Positions 23,566 through 36,424 of a stretch of DNA of 60,000 nt are shown piece after piece. The notes under the pieces were generated by a model. The model searched no databases, had not been told where the DNA came from, and saw nothing but the letters and a program-made list of their open reading frames with translations. The DNA is from Mobula hypostoma (taxonomy: Eukaryota): contig NC_086107.1 in assembly GCF_963921235.1 (NCBI RefSeq), positions 98,830,001-98,890,000 of the forward strand. Reading direction: 5' to 3'. The first letter of the stretch is position 1. Every line of letters starts with the position of its first letter. A program made the translations under genes and the position numbers.

Positions 23566-25369
23566 AAGCTGTTCCTAAAGCATTGAGTGTGGGTGATGAA
23601 GATCGGTGTTGGCCAGGAGAGGTGCTTATTAACAGTAGCTAACAGAAAGGGAACAAGTTGATGCTGTAAGGTACACGCGTAACAGTGGCTGGGAGTCTGA
23701 AGGCTCAGCCCATCATCGCACAAGAGGTACTGCAGGTGCTGGAAATCTAGAGCAATACTTGTGCCTTTTTAATCTGGTGTCTTCCCCCTTCCTTTCCAAT
23801 CTTGATGAAGGATCTCTGCCCAAATCGTCGACTGCTTATTCCCATCCGTACATGCTGCCTGACCTGCTGAGCTCCTCCAGCACATGGTGTGAAGTAACAG
23901 CCCAGCATGTTGGGCAGCGTTTGGGGAGATTATTGTGGACAAAACTCTGGCTACCAGATTGTGGGAATGTGTTCAACACAGGAAGCAGAGACTCACCACC
24001 ATCTTCTCAGCAGCGATAGAAAAGAGCAACAACTTCTGACCTTGCCAACGGTTAAAATACCTTGGAGTAAAACAATTCTTTGAGCAAAGATGTAGTTCCT
24101 CCTTGGCAGTTTCAAATCCACGAGCAAAAAAATGAGCTGCTGGAGGAACTCAGCAGGTCAGGCAGCATCTGTGGAGATAGTCAGTATTTTGTGCCGCGAC
24201 CCTTTATCTGGACCCTACACTGAATCCAGAGACATTGACTCCATTTCCCTCCACAGAGGCTGCCTGACCCACTCAGTTCTTCCACCAGTTCGTTTTTGTT
24301 CAAAGTTCAGAGTAAATGTATTAGCAAGGTGCAAATATGCCACCATATACTACCCCGAGATCCACTCGCGGACATTCACAGGAAAATAAAGAAATAGAAT
24401 TTACAAAAAGCTATACCATACTTAACAAAGGCTGACAAACATTCAGTGTTTAAAAGAGGACAAATCGTGCAAATAATAAATAAAAATGTAAATAAATAAT
24501 ATTGAGCTGTAGAGTCCTTGAAAGAGAGTCTGTAGGCTGTGGAATCAGATCAGATTTGCGGCGCATGAAATTATCCACACTGGTTCAGGAACCTGATGGT
24601 TGAAGGGTAATAACTGCTCCTGAACCTGGTGGTTTGGGACGCAAGGCTCCTGGACCTCGAGCCTGATGGCAGCAATGAGAAGAGAGCATGGTCTGGATGG
24701 TGGGGGTACCTGATGATAGATGCTGCCTTCTTGTGGCAGCATTCCTAGTAGATGTGCTCAGAGTTGGGGAGGGCTTTGCCTGTGACAGACTGGACTATAT
24801 CCATCACTTTCTGTAGACTCGTGCATTCCTGGGCATTGGCGTTCCCCTAGGGGACACCAGGTCCCAGCCTTTGCAACCTCTTGTTTCTTAGACTGATTGT
24901 CCCTTGAAGCTCTTGGTCCAACCAGAGGAATCCCAGTCGCATCTTTCAAAGACTGATCCAACACAGCTTCACCGATCCTCGGATTGCCTCCGCCGACCTT
25001 CCTCACAGCTGGAGTTACCCATCCGCTTCCGCAGGGGAACCTTTCCCTTCAAAGCTCGTCCCACTGACAGTTCTAAACGGTTTAGGGCCACAGAGAGATA
25101 CAGCACAGAAGCAGACCCTTCAGCCCATTGATTCCATGCTACCAACCACCCATTTACACTCCTCCTACATCAATCCCATTTTTATTTTCCCACATTCCCA
25201 CTTGGCCAGCCACCTACATGCATAGGGAAGGTTTAGAAGAATATGGGACCGATGTGCGCAAATGGAACTCTCCTAGACAAATCTTTGTCAGCATGGACCA
25301 ATAAAGCCAGTAAAGCTGAAGGGCCGGTTTTTCAATATTTCTTAGAATATTTATTTTACATTTATTGAC

Positions 25370-25612
25370 ATACAGTGTGCCGTGCCGCCCAGCAATCCCC
25401 CGATGTAACCCTAATCATGGGACAATTTACAAAGAACGATTAACCTACCAATCGGTACATCTTTGGACCGTGGGAGGAAACCGGAGCACCCGGAGGAAAC
25501 CCACGTGGTCCTGGGGAAAACATATAGACTCCTTACAGGCAGTGATGGGATTTGAACCCGTGTCGCCTGCACCGTAAAGCGCTGCGCTAACCACTACGCC
25601 GCCGTGCCGCCA
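25370..25612 (-). mobile_element. V-SINE (HE1-like) copy; further copies at about 6700-6880, 15170-15330, 17740-17880, 25740-25920, 26050-26190, 51060-51180, 54230-54470 and 57440-57560
   Basis: - strand tRNA-like head followed by GTGGGTTTCCTCCGGGTGCTCCGGTTTCCTCCCAC (V-domain). Confidence 0.75.
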
Positions 25613-27424
25613 TTATCTGTGTAACAGAGGACATCAGAACAAACTGTGAAAAACGTCGTTGGCATCAGCGACCGACACAGTGCGAGCGTGCGCTGGGGGC
25701 AGCCCACAAGGGTCGCCACGCTTCCGCCGCCAACTCACTAACCCTAATCCACATGTCTTTTGAATGTGGGAGGAAACGGAAGCTCCCAGAGGAAACCCAC
25801 GCGGCCACGGGGAGAACGTACACACTCCTTCCCAATCTGGGGTCCATGGACCCCTCAGTTATTGGCAAGGCTCCACGGCATAAAAAAAACCCTACATTAC
25901 AGGCAGCGGCAGGAATTGAATCGCTGTACAAAGTCACGGTAGTTGTCATGCTGACTCTCGACTTTACAACTCCCCACCCCACCCCGTATTCTGTCCCTCA
26001 CCGACACACTACGGCCAATTCACAGCGGCCAGTTAACCCACGAGCCCGCCCACCTTTGGGGTGTGGTAGGAAACCGAAGCACCGGGGGGAACCCGTCAGG
26101 TCACGGGGACTGTAAACACTTCACATGCACACAGCGGCTGAGGTCAGGATTGAACTGGGAGTCTCCGGCACTGTGAGGCAGCATCCCCTGCCACGGTGTA
26201 AAAGCCAGGCGGCTGAGCCAAACTCATAGCACATCTGAGCCACAGCAAACCTCTCCAGATAATCATACCCGTTTCCTGTTCTTCATCCAAGTCGGCAGAT
26301 TTAAATTCTGTGAAAGCACAAAGGATCATTGAGTTCTGTAAGATAGTTTCTTTTGCCAAATGTTAGGCTAATTCTCCAAAGCTGCTTCTGTGCTTTTGGA
26401 ACACTCGTGCTTTGAGGGCAGATTGTGTTTACACTAATACCTGTCCTTTCTACACTGAACTCTCTTCTTCGTTGTAAAGCTGCCGATTCCCCAAATATTC
26501 AGGGGAATTCTGTGTTAGACGTAAAAAGCCTGATGAGTTCCAACTCATCTCTCGTTCCTTTTCACTGTGGCTCTTCGGATTTTGCTACCTTGATGTCTAG
26601 TTCTATCTTTTGCTGCCCTGTCTTCACTGACATTCAAAGTCAAAGTCAAGTTTACTGTCATATACACAAGTCCACGTGAGCACAGGTGCAATGAGAAACT
26701 TACTCGCAGCAGAATCGCAAGCACCATTTTTACAAGAAAACACAATTAAAACAAAAAATAAAGTCAATTTTATTGCGAAGTCGTCATAGTGTTGCTGTGC
26801 TGCAGTGATTAGGGTTTGTGCTTGTTGGTTCAAAATCAAAATGGCTGTGGGATAGTGGTTAGTCACTATCTGTTACGCTATTGATGTTCAGTGCGGCAGT
26901 GAATGTCTTCCATCCTTGGCCATACACCGTCGCACTCAGATGTAGAAGGATTCTTCATTGCTGTTTTTTAACAATTCTTCTTTGACTGGTCGGGGTTGTT
27001 AGCCTTGAGCTGAACCCCAGAATCTGGGGGAGTGGGGGACCACTCTTAGTCTGGCTTCTACCCTTTGACCTACTTGGCATGGGTGACCCTACCAAGAGCC
27101 AAAGCACAAATCCCTTACTCCAGCCAACATAGCTCTCCGAGTCGCTGAGGCTCGCAAGCCTCCAAACCCTACGGCAAGGCTGTGGTCCTCTTGGAGGTGT
27201 AGGAAAATAGCCGATCTTGAATCTGGTGGTGTGGGACTGCAGGCTTCTGTACTTTCTGCCTGATGGTGACTGCTAAAAGATGGCACGGACCAGGAGGTGG
27301 GAATCTTTGATGATGGATGTTGCCTTCTTGGTAACGGTGTGGAGGGATGTGCCTGTGAGGTATTGGCAGAGCCCATTACTTGCTGAAGCCTAATACAGTT
27401 AACATTCTTTCAACAGTGCATCTG

Positions 27425-30400
27425 TAGAAACATAGAAAATAGTGCAGGAGTAGGCCATTCGGCCCTTCGAGCCTGCACCGCCATTCAGTATGATCATGGC
27501 TGATCATCCAACTCAGAACCCTGTACCTGCCTTCTCTCCATACCCCCTGATCCCTTTAGCCACAAGGGCCATATCTAACTCTCTCTTAAGTATAGCCAAT
27601 GAACTGGCCTCAACTATTTCCTGTGGCAGAGAATTACACAGATTCACCACTCTCTGTGTGAAGAAGTTTTTCTTTATCTTGGTCCTAAAAGGCTTCCCCT
27701 TTATCCTCAAACTGTGACCCCTTGTTCTGAACTTCCCCAACATTGGGAACAATCTTCCTGCATCTAGCCTGTCCAATCCCTTTAGAATTTTATACGTTTC
27801 AATCAGATCCCCCATCAATCTTCTAAATTCCAGAGTACAAGCCTAGTCAATCCAGTCTTTCACCATATGAAAGTCCTGTCATCCCAGGAATCAACCTGGC
27901 GAACCTTCTTTGTACTCCCTCTATGGCAAGGATGTCTTTCCTCAGATTAGGGGACCAAAACTGCACACTATACTCCAGGTGTGGTCTCTCCAAGACCTTG
28001 TACAACTGCAGTAGTACCTCCCTGCTCCTGTACTCGAATCCTCTTGCTATGAATGCCAACATACCATTCACCTTTTTCACCGCCTGCTGTACCTGCATGC
28101 CCACTTTCAATGACTGGTGTACAATGACATCCAGGTCTCGTTGCACCTCCCCTTTTCCTAATCAGCCACCATTCAGATAATAATTTGTTTTCCTGTTCTT
28201 GCCACCAAAGTGGATAACCTCACATTATGCCACATTAAATTGCATCTGCCATGAATTTGCCCACTCACCTAACCTATCCAAGTCACCCTGCATCCTCTTA
28301 GCATCCTCCTCACAGCTAACACTGCCGCCCAGCTTCGTGTCATCCGCAAACTTGGAGATGCTGCATTTAATTCCCTCGTCTAAGTCATTAATATATATTG
28401 TAAACAACTGGGGTCCCAGCACTGAGCCTTGCGGTACCCCACTAGTCACTGCCTGCCATTCTGAAAAGGTCCCGCTTATTCCCACTCTTTGCTTCCTGTC
28501 TGCCAAGCAATTGTCTATCCACATCAATACCGTGTGCTTTAAGTTTACACACTAATCTCCTGTGTGGGACCTTGTCAAAAGCCTTTTGAAAATCCAAATA
28601 TACCACATCCACTGGTTCTCCCCTATCCACTCTACTAGTTACATCCTCAAAAAATTCTATGAGATTCGTCAGACATGATTTTCCTTTCACAAATCCATAC
28701 TGACTTTATCTGATGATTTCACCGCTTTCCAAATGTGCTGTTATCACATCTTTGATAACTGACTCTAGCATTTTCCCCACCACCGATGTCAGGTTTACCA
28801 ATCTATAATTCCCCGGTTTCTCTCTCCCTCCTTTTTTAAAAAGCGGGGTTACATTAGCCACCCTCCAATCCTCAGGAACTAGTCCAGAATCTAAAGAATT
28901 TTGAAAAATTATCACTAATGCATCCACTATTTCTTGGGCCACTTCCTTAAGCACTCTGGGATGCAGACCATCTGGCCCTGGGGATTTATCTGCCTTTAAT
29001 CCCTTCAAGTTACCTAACACCACTTCCCTACTAACATGAATTTCCCTCAGTTCCTCCATCTCACTAGACCCTCGGTCCCCTACTATTTCCGGAAGATTAA
29101 TTATATCCTCCTTAGTGAAGGTGGAACCAAAGTAGTTATTCAATTGGTCTGCCATGTCCTTGTTCCCCATGATCAATTCACCTGTTTCTGACTGTAAGGG
29201 ACCTCCATTTGTCTTAACCACGTATCTATAAAAGCTTTTACAGTCAGTTTTTCTTTTCACATGTCTATGAAAGCTTTTACAGTCAGTTTTTATGTTCCCT
29301 GCCAGGTTTCTCTAATAATTTTTTCCCTTTCCTAATTAAGCCCTTTGTCCTCCTCTGCTGGACTCTGAATTTCTCCCAGTCCTCAGGTGAACCACTTTCT
29401 CTGGCTAATTTGTATGTTTCTTCTTTGGAATTGATACTATCCCTAATTTCCCTCGTCAGCCACGGGTGCACTACCTTCCCTGGTTTATTCTTTTGCCAAA
29501 CTGGGATGAACAATTGTTGCAGTTCATCCATGCGATCTTTAAATGCTTGCCATTGCATATCCACCGTCAACCCTTTAAGTATCATTTGCCAGTCTATCTT
29601 AGCTAATTCACGTCTTATACCTTCAAAGTTACCCTTCTTTAAGTTCAGAGCCTTTGTTACTGAATTAACTATATCACTCTCCATCTTAATGAAGAATTCT
29701 ACCATATTATGGTCACTCTCACCCAGGGGGCCTCACACGACAAGATTGCTATCTAACCCTTCCTCATTGCTCAATACCCAGTCTAGAATGGCTTGCTCTC
29801 TAGTTGGTTCCTCGACATGTTGGTTCAAAAACCCATCCCGCATACATTCCATGAAGTCCTCTTCCTCCGCACCCTTACCAATTTGGTTCACCCAATCTAT
29901 ATGTAGATTGAAGTCACCCATTATATTTGCTGTTCCTTTATTGCAAGCATTTCTAATTTCCTGTTTAATGCCATCCCCAACCTCACTACTACTGTTAGGT
30001 GGCCTGTACACAACTCCCACCAGCGTTTTCTGCCCCTTAATGTTATGCAGCTCTACCCATATCGATTCCACATCCTCCAGGCTAATGTTCTTCCTTTCTA
30101 TTGCGTTAATCTCCTCTCTAACCAGCAATGCCACCCCACCTCCTTTTCTTTCATGTCTATCCTTCCTGAATATTGAATATCCCTGATTGTTGAGCTCCCA
30201 TCCTTGGTCACCCCCATGTCTCTGTGAACACAACTATATCATATTCATTAATAACAATCTGCACTTTTAATTCATCCACCTTGTTACGAATGCTCCTTGC
30301 ATTGACACACAAAGCCTTCAGGCGCTCTTTTACAACACTCTTAGCCCTTATACAATTATGTTGAAAAGTGGCCATTTTTGATTTTTGCCCTGGATTTGCC

Positions 30401-31100
30401 AGCCTGCCACTTTTACTTTTCACCTGACTACTTTTTGCTTCTACCCTCTTTCTTTCTGCACTTGTTCCCATCCCCCTGCCACATTAGTTTAAATCCTCCT
30501 GAACAACAGTAGCAAATGCTCCCCCTTGGACATTGGTTCCAGTCCATCCCAGGTGCAGACCGTTCTGTTTGTACTGGTCCCACCTCTCCAGAACTGGTTC
30601 CAATGCCCCAGAAATTTGAATCCCTCTCCCTTGCACCATTTTTCAAGCCACGTATTTATCTGAAATATCCGCCTATTTCTACTCTGACTAGCACGTGGCA
30701 CTGGTAGTAATCCAGAGATTATTACCTTTGTGGTCCTACTTTTTAGTTTATCTCCTAACTCCCTAAATTCACCTTGTAGGACCTCATCCCGTTTTTTACC
30801 TATATCGTTGGTACCTACGTGCACCACAACCACTGGCTGTTCACCCTCCCACTCCAGAATGTCCTACAGCCGCTCAGAGACATCCTTGACCCTTGCATCA
30901 GGGAGGCAATATACCCTCCTGGAGTCTCGTTTGCGGCCACAGGAACGCCTATCTATTCCCGTTACAATCGAATCCCCTATCACTATAGCTCTCCCACTCC
31001 TTTTCCTTCCCTCCTGAGCCGCAGAGCCACCCACGGTGCCATGAACTCGGCTGCTGCTGCCTTCCCCTGATGAGACATCTCCCCTAACAGTATCCAAAAG
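27425..31100 (-). mobile_element. Long decayed CR1 LINE: ORF1 SGNH-esterase part + ORF2 (APE endonuclease, RT)
   Basis: ORF1 'IVIGDSIV', 'VVVHVGTND'; APE 'CVNARSIRNK', 'VGVVYRPP', 'MGDFN'; RT 'KSPGPDGLHPRVLKE', 'YLDFQKAFDKV', 'GVPQGSVLGP', 'FADDTK'; TTTCTATG tail at 27425-27440; multiple frameshifts. Confidence 0.95.
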
Positions 31101-31780
31101 TTTGTTAGTGTATGATGACAAGATGAATGGCCTTAACCTCCAAGGGTGCCATCGCACTTTCCTTATGATTGTATCTACGTGCTGGGCCGTCTGATGCGTT
31201 CAGGCCCATTCTCAAGCATCATACACCCTTGGCTCTCCGACTTCTGCCTCTCACAATCTCACACTCGAGACCTCTGCCCTTGGCTCCACCTCAGCCGTCT
31301 CACTCCAAACACCTCCACTGTCCTGAGTGTGAACTCACTCAGTCTGTTTCCCAGGGTTGGGAATCGAGGAGTACGGGGCAGGACTTGATGGTGAGAGGGG
31401 AGGGAATTGAAAGGAATTTGAGAAGCAACTTTCTCACCCAGAAGGTGATCAGTATCAGAGCAGGTGATTAAGGTAGGACAGTTGGACTGGTACATGGATA
31501 TGGACAGATTTAAAGAGGCACAGGCCCAATACACTAGCTAAGGTGAGCATCTTGGATACTTTGGGACAAATGGCCTGTTTCTGTGCTCTATGCCTCTGTA
31601 ACTTTCCTACTCTTTCTCTCTACCCCTCAGTGTTCTGTGCTCTCCATTCCTACGCTGTATCTGTCTTTGCTCCCCTCTTTCTTGAGTTCACTCCCTCCAA
31701 TTTATTACCCACATCTCTGACTCTCCCTCTCTCGCTCTCATAGTTTCTCTCCAGACAGTGCTTGTGTTTATTTTACCTTT

Positions 31781-34690
31781 TATTCTTCAGCTGCCTCTGC
31801 CTCTGCACCCCACTATTCTCAGCTCCCTCTGCCTCTGCACCTCACTATTCTTCAGCTCCCCCTACCTCTGCACCCCACTATTCTCAGCTCCCTCTGCCTC
31901 TGCACCCCACTATTCTCAGCTCCCTCTACCTCTGCACCCCACTATTCTTCAGCTCCCTCTACCTCTGCACCCCACTATTCTTCAGCTCCCTCTACCTCTG
32001 CACCCCACTATTCTTCAGCTCCCTCTACCTCTGCACCCCACTATTCTCAGCTCCCTCTGCCTCTGCACCCCACTATTCTTCAGCTCCCCCTACCTCTGCA
32101 CCCCACTATTCTCAGCTCCCTCTACCTCTGCACCCCACTATTCTTCAGCTCCCTCTACCTCTGCACCCCACTATTCTCAGCTCCCTCTGCCTCTGCACCC
32201 CACTATTCTCAGCTCCCTCTACCTCTGCACCCCACTATTCTTCAGCTCCCTCTACCTCTGCACCCCACTATTCTTCAGCTCCCTCTACCTCTGCACCCCA
32301 CTATTCTCAGCTTCCTCTACCTCTGCACCCCAGTATTCTTCAGCTCCCTCTACCTCTGCGCCCCACTATTCTTCAGCTCCCTCTGCCTCTGCACCCCACT
32401 ATTCTTCAGCTCCCTCTACCTCTGCACCCCACTATTCTCAGCTCCCTCTGCCTCTGCACCCCACTATTCTTCAGCTCCCCCTACCTCTGCACCCCACTAT
32501 TCTCAGCTCCCTCTGCCTCTGCACCCCACTATTCTCAGCTCCCTCTACCTCTGCACCCCACTATTCTTCAGCTCCCTCTACCTCTGCACCCCACTATTCT
32601 TCAGCTCCCTCTACCTCTGCACCCCACTATTCTCAGCTCCCTCTGCCTCTGCACCCCACTATTCTCAGCTCCCTCTACCTCTGCACCCCACTATTCTTCA
32701 GCTCCCTCTACCTCTGCACCCCACTATTCTTCAGCTCCCTCTACCTCTGCACCCCACTATTCTCAGCTCCCTCTGCCTCTGCACCCCACTATTCTCAGCT
32801 CCCTCTACCTCTGCACCCCACTATTCTTCAGCTCCCTCTACCTCTGCACCCCACTATTCTTCAGCTCCCTCTACCTCTGCACCCCACTATTCTCAGCTTC
32901 CTCTACCTCTGCACCCCAGTATTCTTCAGCTCCCTCTACCTCTGCGCCCCACTATTCTTCAGCTCCCTCTGCCTCTGCACCCCACTATTCTTCAGCTCCC
33001 TCTACCTCTGCACCCCACTATTCTCAGCTCCCTCTGCCTCTGCACCCCACTATTCTTCAGCTCCCCCTACCTCTGCACCCCACTATTCTCAGCTCCCTCT
33101 GCCTCTGCACCCCACTATTCTCAGCTTCCTCTACCTCTGCACCCCACTATTCTTCAGCTCCCTCTACCTCTGCACCCCACTATTCTTCAGCTCCCTCTAC
33201 CTCTGCACCCCACTATTCTCAGCTCCCTCTGCCTCTGCACCCCACTATTCTCAGCTCCCTCTACCTCTGCACCCCACTATTCTTCAGCTCCCTCTGCCTC
33301 TGCACCCCACTATTCTTCAGCTCCCTCTACCTCTGCACCCCACTATTCTCAGCTCCCTCTGCCTCTGCACCCCACTATTCTTCAGCTCCCTCTACCTCTG
33401 CACCCCACTATTCTCAGCTCCCTCTACCTCTGCACCCCACTATTCTTCAGCTCCCTCTACCTCTGCACCCCACTATTCTTCAGCTCCCTCTACCTCTGCA
33501 CCCCACTATTCTCAGCTCCCTCTGCCTCTGCACCCCACTATTCTCAGCTCCCTCTACCTCTGCACCCCACTATTCTTCAGCTCCCTCTACCTCTGCACCC
33601 CACTATTCTTCAGCTCCCTCTACCTCTGCACCCCACTATTCTCAGCTTCCTCTACCTCTGCACCCCAGTATTCTTCAGCTCCCTCTACCTCTGCGCCCCA
33701 CTATTCTTCAGCTCCCTCTACCTCTGCACCCCACTATTCTCAGCTCCCTCTGCCTCTGCACCCCACTATTCTTCAGCTCCCCCTACCTCTGCACCCCACT
33801 ATTCTTCAGCTCCCTCTGCCTCTGCACCCCACTATTCTCAGCTCCCTCTACCTCTGCACCCCACTATTCTTCAGCTCCCTCTACCTCTGCACCCCACTAT
33901 TCTCAGCTCCCTCTGCCTCTGCACCCCACTATTCTCAGCTCCCTCTACCTCTGCACCCCACTATTCTTCAGCTCCCTCTACCTCTGCACCCCACTATTCT
34001 TCAGCTCCCTCTACCTCTGCACCCCACTATTCTCAGCTCCCTCTGCCTCTGCACCCCACTATTCTTCAGCTCCCTCTGCCTCTGCACCCCACTATTCTCA
34101 GCTTCCTCTACCTCTGCACCCCAGTATTCTTCAGCTCCCTCTACCTCTGCACCCCACTATTCTTCAGCTCCCTCTACCTCTGCACCCCACTATTCTTCAG
34201 CTCCCTTTACCTCTGCACCCCACTATTCTTCAGCTCCCTCTACCTCTGCACCCCACTATTCTTCAGCTCCCTCTGCCTCTGCACCCCACTATTCTTCAGC
34301 TCCCTCTGCCTCTGCACCCCACTATTCTTCAGCTCCCTCTGCCTCTGCACCCCACTATTCTTCAGCTCCCTCTACCTCTGCACCCCAGTATTCTTCAGCT
34401 CCCTCTGCCTCTGCACCCCACTATTCTTCAGCTCCCTCTACCTCTGCACCCCACTATTCTTCAGCTCCCTCTACCTCTGCACCCCACTATTCTCAGCTCC
34501 CTCTACCTCTGCACCCCACTATTCTTCAGCTCCCTCTACCTCTGCACCCCACTATTCTTCTGCTCCCTCTACCTCTGCACCCCACTATTCTTCTGCTCCC
34601 TCTACCTCTGCACCCCACTATTCTTCAGCTCCCTCTGCCTCTGCACCCCACTATTCTTCAGCTCCCTCTGCCTCTGCACCCCACTATTTT
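31781..34690. repeat. Minisatellite, 32/33-bp unit CTATTC(T)TCAGCTCCCTCTRCCTCTGCACCCCA, about 89 copies
   Basis: Directly visible near-perfect tandem array of about 2.9 kb; copy number estimated from length divided by unit size. Confidence 0.98.
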
Positions 34691-34824
34691 CTCTGAGTTT
34701 CCCGTTACCCTTTGGCTTCCTTTGTCTCATTCAGTCCTTGACTTGCTCTCTCTGTTTTTTTTTCTCTTTCTCTCCCCCACTATTCCCGACCCCCACCCCC
34801 CCCCGGCCTCTCATTCACGTCCTG

Positions 34825-35345
34825 TTGTAAACTCAGTCAACTCCATCATTGGCACTAGCCTCCATAGTATCCAGAATATCTTCGAGGAGCGATGCTTCAA
34901 AGCGGACGTGTCGATCATTAAGGACCCCCGTCACGCAGGTCATGCCCCCTTCTCATTGCCACCCTCAGGCAGGAGGTACAGAAGCCTGAAGGCACAGACT
35001 CAGTGATTCAGTAACAGCTTCTTCCCTTCTGTCATCTGATTCTTAAATGGGCATTGAACCCGTGAACACTACCTCACTACCTTTTTATTCTATTTTTTGC
35101 AATACTTATTTAATTTAAATAGTTAATATGATTAATGTAATTCATGCTTTTTTTCTCTATTATCATGTACAGTTGCTGCGAAGACAACAAATTTCATGAC
35201 ACAAGCTACACACATAAAAGTTGCTGGTGAACGCAGCAGGCCAGGCAGCAACTTTGATGTGTGTTGCTTGAAATTCCAGCATCCACAGATTTCCTCGTGT
35301 TTGCCTCATGACACATGCTGGTGATATTAAACCTGGTTCTGATTC
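34825..35345 (+). mobile_element. Rex1/Babar-type LINE 3' end
   Basis: 'SIIKDPRHAGHAPFSLPPSGRRYRSLKAQT'; GATTCT-type tail. Confidence 0.75.
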
Positions 35346-36180
35346 TCTTTCATTGCCATTTTCACTCTCTATCTCTGACACACTTTGCCTTCCCAAACTC
35401 TCTGATTTAAGAGCTCATTGAAAATTCATAGCAGGGTCAAAGGAGGGGGTGGAGGTGTACTCGATGGCCAAAAGACAGTCACCAATTGCAACCCTCTCCT
35501 GGGAAACCAAATGACGACACAGGAAATGTGAGATTGTGGAGATGGCGTGTCAGGGTGGGGTAGGGATCAGCAGAGATGTGTGAGGCCAGAGATACATCCC
35601 GAGGGACCACAGGAAGCCACAAAGCCCACTTTCAACCAGACAGAATTCAACATCTCTCATTGGCATCGCATCCTCCACAAACAACATCTGGAGGAAGAAC
35701 CACCATTCAACTGAAATTTAAAATGGACCAGCCGCAGAAATACCGCGGTTACAAGATCAGATCAGAGACTGGGAAATACCGTGGTCAGGTCAGAGGCTGG
35801 GGATAAAATTGAGGTGTGTTTGGGGGCTGGATGTGTTTTGGATGAAGTTGAGGTGTATTTGAGAGTTGTGAGTGTTTGGGATGAAGTTGAGGTGTGTTTT
35901 GGCATTGTGGTGTTTAGGGTGAAGGTGAGGTGAGTTTTGGGAGTTATGTTTAGGGTGAAGATGATGTGTGTTTGGGGTGGGATGTTCAGGATGAGGGTGC
36001 AGAGTATTTAGAAGTTGTGTTTAGGGTTAAGTTGAGGTAGGTTTTGGGGGTTGTGGGGGTTTGGGATGAGGGTGATGTATGTTCAGGCTGAGGCTAAGGG
36101 TAACACTGGGTTTGCGGATAATCACTGCTTTCCTGGGGTCACTTTCTGTTCGTCTCTCACAGCCGCTGACTGCCCGCAGG

Positions 36181-36400
36181 ATGGGTAACCCAGGCCGCAG
36201 GCTCGCACAGACAGATGAGCCCCCTGATGGAGGATGGGGCTGGATAGTGTTGGGTGGCTGCTTCGTGGTTACCGGCTTCTCCTACGCTTTCCCCAAGGCC
36301 GTCAGCGTCTACTTCAAGGAGCTGATGCACGATTTCCACATCGGCTACAGTGACACCGCCTGGATCTCCTCCATTATCCTCGCCATGCTCTACGGCACAG
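36181..36400 (+). CDS. SLC16A8: Monocarboxylate transporter 3, coding exon 1
   Basis: ATG 36181; 'PPDGGWGW...[40 protein letters not shown]'; upstream acceptor CAG ending at 36162 (or 36179); donor AG|GTGGGT at 36401; 220 nt, phase 1. Confidence 0.93.
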
Positions 36401-36424
36401 GTGGGTCACGGAGCCCAGCACTAC

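Noticed and set aside
31781..34690. CRISPR array
   Set aside because: The repeats are contiguous with no unique spacers, there are no cas genes, and the context is eukaryotic.
31758..35006. 1082-aa and 1022-aa ORFs as real proteins
   Set aside because: They are by-products of a stop-free minisatellite, start at non-ATG codons, cycle among three frames and run into a LINE remnant.
1..36000. Exons of BAIAP2L2 (upstream neighbour of SLC16A8 in human)
   Set aside because: No recognisable IMD/SH3/WH2 coding sequence was found by eye; very small exons cannot be excluded.
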